The notes beneath the pieces were generated by a model. The model searched no databases. It saw only the letters and a program-made list of their open reading frames with translations, and was not told the DNA's origin. Shown here piece after piece: positions 9,738-19,755 of a stretch of 64,000 bases of DNA (position 1 is its first letter; each line of letters begins with the position of its first letter). This DNA comes from an uncultured bacterium (lineage in GTDB: Bacteria > Desulfobacterota > Desulfobaccia > Desulfobaccales > 0-14-0-80-60-11). The translations under genes were made by a program, and so were the position numbers. The DNA is taken from the NCBI GenBank assembly GCA_937943575.1, contig CALEAV010000007.1, positions 9,969 to 73,968 of the forward strand. Reading direction: 5' to 3'.

Positions 9738-10409
9738 ATGGTAGTCGCGGAATCCAAGCCTGTCAGCGAAATCCTGGAGATGATCAAGGACTGCAAGAAA
9801 GTGGTGGTGGCCGGATGCAAAGGCTGCGTCACCGTCTGCAACTCCGGCGGCGAAAAGGAAGTGGGCATCCTGGCCTCAGAGTTGCGTCTGGCCCGCAAGG
9901 TGGCCGGCACCGACCTGGAGGTGCTGGAATACACCTGCGAGCGCCAGTGTGACCCGGAATACATCGAGCCCCTGGACGATTTGGTCAAGGATGCGGACGC
10001 AGTGGTCTCCATCGCCTGCAGCGTCGGACCCCAGTACATCGCCGCCCGGTATCCCTTCCTGCCGGTGTTCCCGGGCCTCAACACCGTCTTCATCGGCGGC
10101 GCCGCCGAACACGGCGTCTGGAAGGAGTATTGCCAGGCCTGCGGTCAGTGCATCATCGGGGATTTCGGCGGATTGTGCCCCGTGGCCCGCTGCGCCAAGT
10201 CCCTGATGAACGGCCCCTGCGGCGGCTCCTCGGGGGGCAAATGCGAAGTGGGCAAGGGCACCATCGACTGCATCTGGCATCTCATCTATGAGCGCCTCAA
10301 GAACCTGGGGCAGCTCTCCAGGCTGGAAAACCCCTGGGGCTTCAAGAACTGGTCCACCAGCCGGGACGGCGGGCCCCGCACCATGATCCGGGAGGAGTTA
10401 CGGAAATGA
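9738..10409 (+). CDS. metV: MetV (methylene-THF reductase-associated Fe-S subunit)
   Basis: GCKGCVTVC, RQCDPEY, CQACGQC...CPVARCAKSLMNGPCGGS...CIW; overlaps the metF start (ATGA). Confidence 0.9.
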   Translation: MVVAESKPVSEILEMIKDCKKVVVAGCKGCVTVCNSGGEKEVGILASELRLARKVAGTDLEVLEYTCERQCDPEYIEPLDDLVKDADAVVSIACSVGPQYIAARYPFLPVFPGLNTVFIGGAAEHGVWKEYCQACGQCIIGDFGGLCPVARCAKSLMNGPCGGSSGGKCEVGKGTIDCIWHLIYERLKNLGQLSRLENPWGFKNWSTSRDGGPRTMIREELRK

Positions 10410-11338
10410 CACTGACGGCCGGGAGCAAACTGGAAAAGATCTTGAAAAGCGGCCAAAAGGCCGTCACCTGCGAATGCGGTCCGCCCCGGGGCGCCGACGC
10501 CGAGCATTTCCGCCACAAGGCCTCCTTCCTCAAGGATGTCGCCGACGCGGTGAACGTTACCGACAACCAGACCGCGGTGGTGCGCTTCTGTTCCCTGGCG
10601 GCCTGCCGCATTCTTCTGGATATGGGCATCGAGCCGGTGATGCAGATGGTCACCCGGGACATGAACCGCATCGCCCTGCAGAGCAATGTCCTGGGCGCCG
10701 CCGCCCTGGGCATCAAAAATCTCCTCTGCCTTACCGGCGACCACAACTCCTTCGGCGACCATCCCCAGGCCAAAAACGTCCACGACCTGGACTCGGTGCA
10801 GCTTTTGGCCGCGGTCAGGGGCATGCGGGATGACGGCAGGATGATCAGCGGCACCGAGGTGGTGGGGCGGCCCCAGATGTTTCTGGGCGCCGCGGTGAAC
10901 CCCTTTGCCGACCCCTTCGAGTTTAGGGTGGTGCGCATGGCCAAGAAGGTCAAGGCCGGCGCCCAGTTCGTCCAGACCCAGTGCATCTATGACATGGAGC
11001 GCTTCGCCAAGTTCATGCAGATGGCCAATGACATGGGCCTGACGGAGCAGTGCTACGTCCTGGCTGGGGTCACCCCCTTCAAGAGCGTGGGCATGGCCAA
11101 CTACATGAAGAAGTTCGTCCCCGGCATGCTGGTGCCCGACTCCTACATCCAGCGCCTCAAAGGCGTGCCCAAAGAGAAGCAGGCGGAGGAGGGCATCAAG
11201 ATCGCCGTGGAGCAGATCCAGCAGCTCCTGGAGATGAAGGGGGTGGCCGGCATCCACCTCATGGCCATCGAATGGGAGGAGCGGGCGCCGGAGATCCTCA
11301 AGGCCGCCGGGCTGGTGCCGCGGCCCCAGGTGGATTGA
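10406..11338 (+). CDS. metF: Methylenetetrahydrofolate reductase
   Basis: ECGPPRGAD, NVTDNQ, RDMNRIALQS, CLTGDH, KKVKAGAQFVQTQ, GIHLMA. Confidence 0.95.
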   Translation: MTLTAGSKLEKILKSGQKAVTCECGPPRGADAEHFRHKASFLKDVADAVNVTDNQTAVVRFCSLAACRILLDMGIEPVMQMVTRDMNRIALQSNVLGAAALGIKNLLCLTGDHNSFGDHPQAKNVHDLDSVQLLAAVRGMRDDGRMISGTEVVGRPQMFLGAAVNPFADPFEFRVVRMAKKVKAGAQFVQTQCIYDMERFAKFMQMANDMGLTEQCYVLAGVTPFKSVGMANYMKKFVPGMLVPDSYIQRLKGVPKEKQAEEGIKIAVEQIQQLLEMKGVAGIHLMAIEWEERAPEILKAAGLVPRPQVD

Positions 11339-11461
11339 CGCCCCCGACCCGGGGCTGGGCCAGGAGGCAGCGGCCCCAATGTGTCGTCATCGTCGCCCGG
11401 CCCAAAGAGATGGGGGCCGGGCTTTTGTTTCTGTGCCTGGACAAACCATGGAGGTGCGGTG

Positions 11462-13354
11462 ATGGATCACCGGGAAGGATCAACACAGGCGATCTCCATT
11501 CAGGCGGACACCCTGGCCCTGGCGCAGCAGGCCCGCAGCCAGGGGGTGGCCACGGTCTGGGACCGGGCCCGGGCCCAGGAGCCCCAATGCGGCTTCTGCT
11601 CCTTGGGCTTGAGCTGCCGCATCTGCGTCATGGGCCCCTGCCGCATCGACCCCTTCGGCGAGGGCCCCACCCACGGCATCTGCGGGGCGGATGCCGACAT
11701 CATGGTGGCAAGGAACCTCGGGCGCATGATCGCCGCCGGGGCCGCCTCCCATTCGGACCACGGCCGGGATCTGGTGGAGACCCTCCACGCCGTGGCGGAG
11801 GGCCGGGCCCCGGGCTATCAGATCACCGACCCGGCCAAGCTGGAGCGCCTGGCGGTGGAATTCGGCGTGGACGGCAGCCTGCCGGTCCTCGACAAGGCCA
11901 AGGCCCTGGCTGAGGCCCTGATGGAGGAATACGGCATCAGGAAAGGCCACCTCACCTTCAGCCGGCGCCTCCCCGCCCCCCGGCTGGCCAAATGGCAGGC
12001 CCTGGGCATCGCCCCCCGGGGGGTGGACTGGGAAGTGACGGAGATGATGCACCGCACCCACATGGGGGTGGACAACGACTACGTGAATCTCCTCCTGCAG
12101 GCCCTGCGCTGCGCCCTGGCCGACGGCTGGGGCGGCTCCATGATCGCCACCGAGATCTCCGACGTGCTCTTCGGCACCCCCACCCCCATCCCCAGCGAGG
12201 TGAACCTCGGGGTCCTCAAGCAGGACCAGGTGAACATCATCCTCCACGGCCACAGCCCCCTGGTGAGCGAGATGGTGGTTCGGGCCGCCCAGGACCCGGC
12301 CCTGCTCAACCGCGCCCGGGAGCTGGGGGCCCAGGGCATCAACCTGGCGGGCCTGTGCTGCACCGGCAATGAGGTGCTGATGCGCAAGGGCATCCCCATG
12401 GCCGGCAACCACCTGGTGCAGGAGCTGGCCATCCTCACCGGCGTGGTGGAGGCTATGGTGGTGGATTATCAGTGCATCATGCCGGCGGTGGCGGAAGTGG
12501 CCGCCTGCTACCACACCCTGTTCTTCACCACCTCGGCCAAGGCCAAGTTCCCCAAGGCGGTGCACCTGCCCTTCAGCCCGGACAACGGCGAGACCCTGGG
12601 CCGGGAGCTGGTGAGCCGGGCGGTGGAGAACTTCCCCCGCCGCAACCCGGCCAAGGTATTTCTGCCCGCCGGCCAGGCGGTGCGGCAGGTGAGCGGCTTT
12701 TCCGTGGAGGCCATCCTCGCCGCCCTGGGGGGCACGCCGGAGCCACTCCTCGACGCCCTCAAGGCGGGCCGGATCCGGGGCGCCGCGGCAGTGGTGGGCT
12801 GCAACAATCCCAAGGTCACCCAGGACCTGGGCCACACCACCATCACCAAAGAGCTCATCGCCCACGACATCCTGGTGCTGGACACCGGCTGCACCGCGGT
12901 GGCCACCGCCAAGGCCGGCCTCAAACAGCCGGAGGCCGCCGCCCAGGCGGGCCCGGGGCTGAGGGCCGTGTGCGAGGCCCTGAAGATCCCGCCGGTGCTG
13001 CACATGGGCTCCTGCGTGGACAACACCCGCATCATCAATCTGGTGGCGGCCCTGGCCAACGCCCTGGGGGTGGACGTGGACCAGCTCCCGGTGGCCGCCG
13101 CGGCCCCGGAGTGGTACTCCGAAAAGGCCGCCGCCATCGGCTGCTACGCCGTGGCCACCGGGGTGTTCACCGTCCTGGGGGTGACTCCCCCGGTCCTGGG
13201 GAGCAAAAACGTCACCGAGCTGCTGCTGTCGGGGTTAAAGGACCATCTGGGGGCCTGCTTTGCGGTGGAGCCCGACCCCAAGAAGGCCGCGGCCCTGATG
13301 ATCCGCCACATCGAGGAAAAGCGGCAAGCCCTGGGGCTGGACAGCCGCCTCTAG
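11462..13354 (+). CDS. cooS: Ni,Fe carbon-monoxide dehydrogenase catalytic subunit
   Basis: CRICVMGPC, SHSDHG, LHGHSP, LCCTGNE, DYQCIMP, GCNNPK, TGC, HMGSCVDN, WYSEKA; GGAGGT RBS before ATG 11462. Confidence 0.95.
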   Translation: MDHREGSTQAISIQADTLALAQQARSQGVATVWDRARAQEPQCGFCSLGLSCRICVMGPCRIDPFGEGPTHGICGADADIMVARNLGRMIAAGAASHSDHGRDLVETLHAVAEGRAPGYQITDPAKLERLAVEFGVDGSLPVLDKAKALAEALMEEYGIRKGHLTFSRRLPAPRLAKWQALGIAPRGVDWEVTEMMHRTHMGVDNDYVNLLLQALRCALADGWGGSMIATEISDVLFGTPTPIPSEVNLGVLKQDQVNIILHGHSPLVSEMVVRAAQDPALLNRARELGAQGINLAGLCCTGNEVLMRKGIPMAGNHLVQELAILTGVVEAMVVDYQCIMPAVAEVAACYHTLFFTTSAKAKFPKAVHLPFSPDNGETLGRELVSRAVENFPRRNPAKVFLPAGQAVRQVSGFSVEAILAALGGTPEPLLDALKAGRIRGAAAVVGCNNPKVTQDLGHTTITKELIAHDILVLDTGCTAVATAKAGLKQPEAAAQAGPGLRAVCEALKIPPVLHMGSCVDNTRIINLVAALANALGVDVDQLPVAAAAPEWYSEKAAAIGCYAVATGVFTVLGVTPPVLGSKNVTELLLSGLKDHLGACFAVEPDPKKAAALMIRHIEEKRQALGLDSRL

Positions 13355-13599
13355 GGCGATGACCGCACCTGGCTCCTGGGAGGGGAGGCCGGGGGCCGGC
13401 CCCTCTTTCAGGTCCACCTTTCCCCGCACGGGGGTGAGCGGAGGGGGGCAGCAGAGAACCGCTGCTCCCCCGACTCTTTCCTCACAACCGTCCACGGCTT
13501 CCCTCGTCTCCCTGGCCGCCGAAAAGGATTGACAAGCCGGCCGGGGCTCAGTAAGAATTAACACCAAGACACGCCGCACAAATCAGGGAGGGGAGCGAT

Positions 13600-13926
13600 A
13601 TGGCGGGTGAACCCTTGGAAGTGAGCGACGCCACCTTTGAGGAGGATATCCTCAAGTCTGACATCCCGGCCTTGGTGGACTTCTGGGCGGCCTGGTGCGG
13701 GCCTTGCCGGGCGGTGGCCCCGGTGGTGGAGGAGCTGGCCCGGGACTACGCCGGCAAGGTGAAGGTGGCCAAGATGAACGTGGATGAGAACGCCAAAACC
13801 CCGGCCAAATACGGCATCCGCGCCATCCCCACCCTCATCATTTTCAAGGGCGGCCAGGTGGTGGAGCAGATCACCGGCGCCGTCTCCAAGGGCGTCATCG
13901 AAGCGGCTTTGAAAAAGGCCCTGTAA
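13600..13926 (+). CDS. trxA: Thioredoxin
   Basis: VDFWAAWCGPCR, IPTL. Confidence 0.97.
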   Translation: MAGEPLEVSDATFEEDILKSDIPALVDFWAAWCGPCRAVAPVVEELARDYAGKVKVAKMNVDENAKTPAKYGIRAIPTLIIFKGGQVVEQITGAVSKGVIEAALKKAL

Positions 13927-13939
13927 GCCGATAGCCTGC

Positions 13940-14872
13940 ATGACCACCTGGGATTATGACGTCATCATCATCGGCGGCGGGCCCGCCGGTCTGACGGCGG
14001 GCATCTACACCGGCCGGGCCCGCCTCAGGGCCCTGCTGGTGGAAAAACTCATCCACGGCGGCCAGATGATGACCACGGACCTGGTGGAAAACTACCCCGG
14101 ATTCCCTGAGGGCATCTCCGGCCCCGAGCTGAGCGACCGCATGCGCAAGCAGGCGGAGCGCTTCGGCCTGGAGATCATCAGCGGCGAGGTCCAGGAGATC
14201 AGGCCCGGGAACCCGGTGCATACCGTGGTCCTGGCAGATCGGGAACTGACCGCGCCGGCCCTCATCATCGCCACCGGCGCCAGCTATAAGCACCTGGGGG
14301 TGCCCGGGGAGGCGGAGCTCGTGGGCCGGGGCGTCAGCTTCTGCGCCACCTGCGACGGCGCCCTCTATCGGGACCAGGAGATCGCCCTGGTGGGCGGCGG
14401 CGACACCGCCCTCACCGAAACCCTCTTCCTCAGCCGCTTCGCCAAAAAGATTCACCTCATCCACCGGCGGGACCAGTTCCGGGGTGCCAAGTACCTCCAG
14501 GAACAGGTCCTGGCCCTGGAAAAAGTCCAGGTCCACTGGGACTCGGTGGTGGAGGCCTTTGAGGGCAAGGAGGCCCTGGAGGCGGTCCGCCTGAAAAACG
14601 TCAAGACCGGCGAGGTGACCCGCCTGCCGGTGAGCGGCTGCTTTGTGGCCATCGGCATCACCCCCAACACCGCCTTCCTCAAGGACCTCTTGCCCATGGA
14701 CGAATGGGGCTTCCTCTTCACCGATGCCGACATGGCCACCGCCATCCCCGGCATTTTCGCCGCCGGCGATGTCCGCTCCAAAAACCTCTGGCAGATTGCC
14801 ACCGCCGTGGGAGACGGCGCCATCGCCGCCCACGCGGCGGAGAACTACCTCAACCGTCTCCGCAAGGAGTAG
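13940..14872 (+). CDS. trxB: Thioredoxin reductase
   Basis: IIGGGPAGL, VENYPGF, GVSFCATCDG, GGGDTA, FAAGDV. Confidence 0.96.
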   Translation: MTTWDYDVIIIGGGPAGLTAGIYTGRARLRALLVEKLIHGGQMMTTDLVENYPGFPEGISGPELSDRMRKQAERFGLEIISGEVQEIRPGNPVHTVVLADRELTAPALIIATGASYKHLGVPGEAELVGRGVSFCATCDGALYRDQEIALVGGGDTALTETLFLSRFAKKIHLIHRRDQFRGAKYLQEQVLALEKVQVHWDSVVEAFEGKEALEAVRLKNVKTGEVTRLPVSGCFVAIGITPNTAFLKDLLPMDEWGFLFTDADMATAIPGIFAAGDVRSKNLWQIATAVGDGAIAAHAAENYLNRLRKE

Positions 14873-14877
14873 TTCCC

Positions 14878-15594
14878 ATGCTGCGCCTCAGGTGGGCCCC
14901 CCTCGGCCTGATCCTGTGCCTGGCCGTGACAAGCGGCTGTGGCACCATGAAGGGCTGGTTCTCCAAGAAAAAGCCGGACAAACCCCCGGAAGTCCTGGCG
15001 GAAGAAGGCATCAAACAGTTGAAACGCAAGAAGTATGAAGACGCCATCGAGACCTTTGAAAAACTCAAGGACCGCTACCCTTACAGCGATCAGGCGCTCC
15101 TGGCCCAGGTGAAGCTGGCGGACGCCTACTTCTATAAAAAGAAATACGACGAAGCCCTCCAAGTCTATAAAGAATTCGAAAAACTTCACCCCACCAACAA
15201 GGCCGTGCCCTATTCCATCTACCGCCAGGGGCTGTGCTATTACATGCAGCGCTCCACCATCGACCGGGACCAGACCCCCACCGCCAAGGCCCTGGCGGAA
15301 TTCAAACGCCTGAAGGAGAAATTCCCCGACTCGGAATACGTCCCCAAGGCCGAGGCCTACATGGCCAAATGCCGGCAGGATCTGGCCGCCCATGAGTTCT
15401 ATGTAGCGGAGTTTTACTACCGCACCAAACGCTACTCCTCGGCCCTGGAGCGCTTCCAGACCCTCGCCCAGGAATATCCGGATTACAACCCGGCCAAAGT
15501 AAAAGATTACATCGCCAAGTGCCAGGCCAAGGTGAATAATCCCGACAAGAAATCCGGGAACTTCATCACCAATCTCTTTGACGCCCGCTGGTGA
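14878..15594 (+). CDS. bamD: Outer membrane protein assembly lipoprotein BamD
   Basis: Lipoprotein signal (LAVTSGC), TPR repeats, DRDQTP, LAAHEFYVAEFY. Confidence 0.88.
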   Translation: MLRLRWAPLGLILCLAVTSGCGTMKGWFSKKKPDKPPEVLAEEGIKQLKRKKYEDAIETFEKLKDRYPYSDQALLAQVKLADAYFYKKKYDEALQVYKEFEKLHPTNKAVPYSIYRQGLCYYMQRSTIDRDQTPTAKALAEFKRLKEKFPDSEYVPKAEAYMAKCRQDLAAHEFYVAEFYYRTKRYSSALERFQTLAQEYPDYNPAKVKDYIAKCQAKVNNPDKKSGNFITNLFDARW

Positions 15595-15907
15595 GGCCAG
15601 TAGAGGCGGGTGGCGGCAACACCCGCCCGCCTCCGCCTTTTCCGCTTTCCTCCCCAGAGATGGCGTCCAAAAGTGGCGGCTGAGGCCTCAGCATCCGCCG
15701 CGCCTCTCATTCTCCCCTTACCCCCATAGAGACGCCCAGGAAGGCCGGGGGCGTCAGGGCCCGCCAAGGCACAGGGCCCGGGTGGCGGCGAAAAGGCGTC
15801 CGGGGCCCCTGCCCCCTCCCGGGCACCGGGAGGCACCGGACACGGCCCCGCCTCCTGGTCGGCCCCCCACACGGGGGGTGCCGGCCCTTTTTGCATGCCC
15901 CGGACCC

Positions 15908-16672
15908 TCAGGGGAGCTTCAGGTCCAACCCCTCCAGGGGGGCGAGGCTGGGGTAGTGGGTGAGGTCAAAGCTGATGGGGGTGATGCTGATATACCCGGC
16001 CTGGAGCGCCCCGTAGTCGGTGTCCAGGTCCAGCTCCTGGCGCTCGTTGATTTCCGCCAGCCAGTAATAGACCCGCTCCCGGGGGTCCACCCGGCGCTCG
16101 AAGTGCTCCACCAGGCGGCCGGTGTCCTGCCGGGTGATGCGGATCCCCAAGATCTCTTCTTCCGGCCGGGCCGGCAGGTTGACGTTGAGGCAGACTTTGG
16201 GGGGCCAGGCGGACCAGCCGGCCAGGGCCGACACCAGACGCCGGGCGAGCCTCGCGGGGAGGCAGAAATCCGCCTGCCTATAGGTGTCCAGGGAGAAGGC
16301 GATCCCCCGGATGCCCAGGATGACAGCTTCGGTGGCGGCGGATACGGTCCCGGAGTAGAGCACGTTGATCCCCACGTTGGGCCCCAGGTTGATGCCGGAG
16401 ACCACCAGGTCCGGGGGGCCGTTCAGGAGCTCCGCCAGGGCGATCTTGACGCAGTCCGCCGGGGTGCCGGTCACCGACCAGCCCCGGACCCCGCCCGGCA
16501 GGAGCACCTCCTTGACCCGCAAGGGGTGGCTCAGGCTGATGGCGTGCCCCACGGCGCTCTGTTCGGTGTCCGGGGCCACCACCGCCACTTCCCCCACATG
16601 GCGCAGCTCCCGGTAGAGGGCGCTCAAGCCCGGGGCAAAGATCCCGTCATCGTTGGTCACCAGAATTTTCAT
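15908..16672 (-). CDS. surE: 5'/3'-nucleotidase SurE
   Basis: ILVTNDDGI, GTPADCV, SGINLGPN, YSGTVSAATEA, ISITP. Confidence 0.96.
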   Translation of the reverse strand: MKILVTNDDGIFAPGLSALYRELRHVGEVAVVAPDTEQSAVGHAISLSHPLRVKEVLLPGGVRGWSVTGTPADCVKIALAELLNGPPDLVVSGINLGPNVGINVLYSGTVSAATEAVILGIRGIAFSLDTYRQADFCLPARLARRLVSALAGWSAWPPKVCLNVNLPARPEEEILGIRITRQDTGRLVEHFERRVDPRERVYYWLAEINERQELDLDTDYGALQAGYISITPISFDLTHYPSLAPLEGLDLKLP

Positions 16673-16942
16673 CTGTCCGCCGCCTTCCCCAGGAAAAAGG
16701 TGCCGCCCCGGTTCCGGGGGAGGAGGGGGCGGGCCATGGCCATCCCTCCTTCACCCCTGGCCGGGAAGGGATTTTCAGGAGTGCGGGGCCGGGGCCGTCA
16801 ACCCCTTCCCGGCACTCCATTTTATTGAAGCCCCAGCCGCCTGTGTGGCGCAGCCGGCGCCTGCCCCCTCAGCGGCCAGGGCGGTCGCCACAGTCCCCCA
16901 GCCGACCCCTCCCGCTCCGCCTTTGCCCCCGGTCAGGGACAT

Positions 16943-18289
16943 TCAGGGGGTGCCGCCGCTTTTGTCGGCCGGCTGGGTGAGGCGGGCCATGTCGGCCTGC
17001 CACTGCTCAAAGCCGGTCTTGGGAAGGAGGGCGGCCTCCTGTTTACCCCCCCGTTCCAGGCGCACCGTCAGCCTGTCCTTGTCCGCCTTGCCCGCCTGGG
17101 TCAGGCGGAAGAGGAGCTCCCCGGCCCCGTCCCGCACCTCCACCAGATACTCCTTCCTGGCGGCCCCCGCCTGGGGGAGCAGCCGGTCATACTCCAGCTC
17201 CTGCAGCTTGATAAGCGCCGCCTCCAGGCGTACCGCAGGCTGGCGCACCTCCTGCCCCTCGGGGCCGGTGAGCTTCCAGGCGTCCTTCTCTTTCACCCCG
17301 GTCCAGGGTTTGTCCGGCGGCCCCCAGGTGAGCTTGGCCGCCTCACTCACCTCGCCGGACCACAGGCGTCGGTCCTCCAGGGCAGCGGGCAGGCCTAGCA
17401 GGCGCTGGCCCACCTCGGACTCCACCAGAAACAGCTCGCCCTGGGCTTCCTTCCGGGCATAATAGTCGCCCTCCCGCCGCCCTCCCAGGATCAGGCTCTG
17501 GGGCGGCCCCTCCGCCGGATAAACGCTCACCTCGGCGGTGGGGAGGGGGGCAAAACCGAGCTGGGGCTCCTTGGGCGGCTCACGGACGAACTCCTTCACC
17601 CGGGCCAGGGTGAGGAAGCGCAGGAAGGACTCCAGGCGGTCCTTGCGCACCTTGACCTCCTCCCGGCCGCTCAGGCGCCACAGGCCCGCGGGGGTCTTCT
17701 CCAGCTCCAGGGTGCTGGGGCCCACCACCAGCCGCAGCTTGCTCACCTTCTCCGGGGCGAACTCAAAGAGCGCCTTGTCCCGGAAGGCCTCCAGGGGCCG
17801 GTCCAGGGTGTCTTTGGTGGCGGCATTGAGGGTGTAAAGGCGCGGCTCGTCATCCCGCTGCACGTAATACCCCAGCTGCCCCGGCGTGGCCTGGCCCACC
17901 TTCAGGCGGTGGGTCCGATCGCCGGCCGTCACCTCCACCACCAGGGCGGGCTGGTCCAGGCCGTAGGCCTTGGGGTCGCTCAGCTCCCCCAGATCCCGGT
18001 CCCGCTCCAGGGTGGCCAGAAGATTCACCTGGCTGCGGACCGTCTCCTGGTCGGCCTTGGCCTGCAGGGGCTTTTCCAGCCGCCAGACCTGGTCCTGGCG
18101 CACCAGGCGGATCTCCTGGTCCTTTTTGCGCAGCCGGATGGCGCTGATCTCCTCCTCCTTCACCGGCACCAGACGGCGGGCCTCCCGCTCCTGGCGGTCC
18201 CGGCGCTCCTGGTGCCACGTCGCCAGGAAATAGCCCGCCGTGAGCACCAGCAGGATCACCACGAAGGAGAGAAGACGCCGGGGATGCAT
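16943..18289 (-). CDS. DUF4340-like membrane-anchored periplasmic protein of a Gld-type ABC locus
   Basis: N-terminal TM helix, repeated W..P/ADQ/YGLD.P units; follows a gldG-like gene. Confidence 0.7.
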   Translation of the reverse strand: MHPRRLLSFVVILLVLTAGYFLATWHQERRDRQEREARRLVPVKEEEISAIRLRKKDQEIRLVRQDQVWRLEKPLQAKADQETVRSQVNLLATLERDRDLGELSDPKAYGLDQPALVVEVTAGDRTHRLKVGQATPGQLGYYVQRDDEPRLYTLNAATKDTLDRPLEAFRDKALFEFAPEKVSKLRLVVGPSTLELEKTPAGLWRLSGREEVKVRKDRLESFLRFLTLARVKEFVREPPKEPQLGFAPLPTAEVSVYPAEGPPQSLILGGRREGDYYARKEAQGELFLVESEVGQRLLGLPAALEDRRLWSGEVSEAAKLTWGPPDKPWTGVKEKDAWKLTGPEGQEVRQPAVRLEAALIKLQELEYDRLLPQAGAARKEYLVEVRDGAGELLFRLTQAGKADKDRLTVRLERGGKQEAALLPKTGFEQWQADMARLTQPADKSGGTP

Positions 18290-18302
18290 CTTTTGCCTCC
18301 CT

Positions 18303-19739
18303 TCAGCGGCGGGCCCGGCGGCGCAGGTAGGCCGCCACCCCGGCCGCCAGCATGGCCCCGGGGATAAAGATCAGGGTGAGGAAAAAGAGGCCGTAGATCT
18401 GCCAGCTGGTGAGGTTTAAGGGCTGCGGCTTTTTTTCGTCCCGCCGGATCAGGATCTGCTTTTCCTCCTCGGCCAGGAAATTCACCGTGTTGAGAAACAG
18501 ATCGCCGTTCATGGAGAGGTTGAAATAGCCGTTGGTGGCGAAATCCACATCCCCGAAGACCGCCAGGTAGGCGGTTTTGCCCTCCTCCTTTTTCTCCTGG
18601 GAGGCCGCCTTCTCCTTGGCTTCGGAAGCCCCGTCCTTGAGCTCCGGGGGCTTGAGCTCCACCAGCACCGCCAGGTTGAAGGGCCCCTGCCGGTCCGTCT
18701 GGGGGTTGAAGTCCCAGTTCTCCTTTTTCAGGACCTCCCGGCCGATCTTCTCCCAGCTCGTCTGGGTGGAGAGGGCCAGGGGCAGCCCGGCGGCTCCCGG
18801 CAGGTCCCGGCGCAGGCCCAGGGGCCGGGCCAGGGGAAAGAGGGTGACCACATTGGTGAAGTCCCGGGTGATGCGGTGGGGGCCGTATTTCACCGCAATG
18901 GGCATGACGACGCTGGCCCCCAGGGCCTGGCTCACCTGGTTGTGGTCCAGCACCAGGCCGTCATTGAGCTCCACCCCGTAGCCCAGGAGGAAGTCCTTGA
19001 GGCCCGCATCCTGGAAGGGCTCCAGCATCACCAGGAGGCGGCCGCCCCGGGCCAGGTAATCCTTCAGGGACGGGATCTCCTGGGGGAAGAGGGGCTTCAC
19101 CGGCCCGGCGATGACCACCACGGCGGCGTCCGCCGGAACCTTCCCCTCTTTGAGGAGATTGAGCTCGCTCAGGAGGAACCCCTCATTCTCCAGGGCCCGT
19201 TTGGCGGTGAGGAGGCCCTCCCGGCGGGGCTCCTCAATGCTCCGCTCGCCGTGGCCGGTGAGGAAATAGACCTTTTTCTGCTGCGGGCGCAAGAGCCGCC
19301 GCAGGGCCTCGGAGAGGGCCTCCTCCTCGGCCCGGTCCGCCATCTGCCGCCGGCCGTCATACTCCAACAGCACATTTCCAGGAAAACGGAAGCCCGCCTC
19401 CCGGGCCTTGTGGGGATTCCGGTCCGGGTCCACAAAGCTGAAGGAGACCTGGGGGTTGGCATAGGCGTAATTCTGGAGCACCTCCCGGGCCCGCTGGCGG
19501 TCGCCCTGGCCCTCCGGGAGAAAGGCGGTCATGGTGAGAGGCTTGTCCACGTCCTTCAGAAGCGCCAGGGTGACGGCGGTGAGGGACTGGGATTTCCCCT
19601 GGGTGAGGTCCAGGCGCCCGGGGTAGCGCCCCGCCAGCAGGTTGATCACCACCAGGATGGCCAGCACCAGCGCCACCGCGGCCGCCGAGCCGCCGCCGTA
19701 GACCACGGTGCGGGTGAAGAGACGATCACGCAGAGCCAC
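18303..19739 (-). CDS. GldG-like ABC transporter auxiliary component
   Basis: RLDLT...SLT, VDPDRNP, VYFLTGHGE, YLARGGRLLV, FGDVDF...NGDLFLNTVNFL, C-terminal TM; GTG start chosen at 19739. Confidence 0.8.
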   Translation of the reverse strand: MALRDRLFTRTVVYGGGSAAAVALVLAILVVINLLAGRYPGRLDLTQGKSQSLTAVTLALLKDVDKPLTMTAFLPEGQGDRQRAREVLQNYAYANPQVSFSFVDPDRNPHKAREAGFRFPGNVLLEYDGRRQMADRAEEEALSEALRRLLRPQQKKVYFLTGHGERSIEEPRREGLLTAKRALENEGFLLSELNLLKEGKVPADAAVVVIAGPVKPLFPQEIPSLKDYLARGGRLLVMLEPFQDAGLKDFLLGYGVELNDGLVLDHNQVSQALGASVVMPIAVKYGPHRITRDFTNVVTLFPLARPLGLRRDLPGAAGLPLALSTQTSWEKIGREVLKKENWDFNPQTDRQGPFNLAVLVELKPPELKDGASEAKEKAASQEKKEEGKTAYLAVFGDVDFATNGYFNLSMNGDLFLNTVNFLAEEEKQILIRRDEKKPQPLNLTSWQIYGLFFLTLIFIPGAMLAAGVAAYLRRRARR

Positions 19740-19755
19740 GGTACCCCCCCACCCA

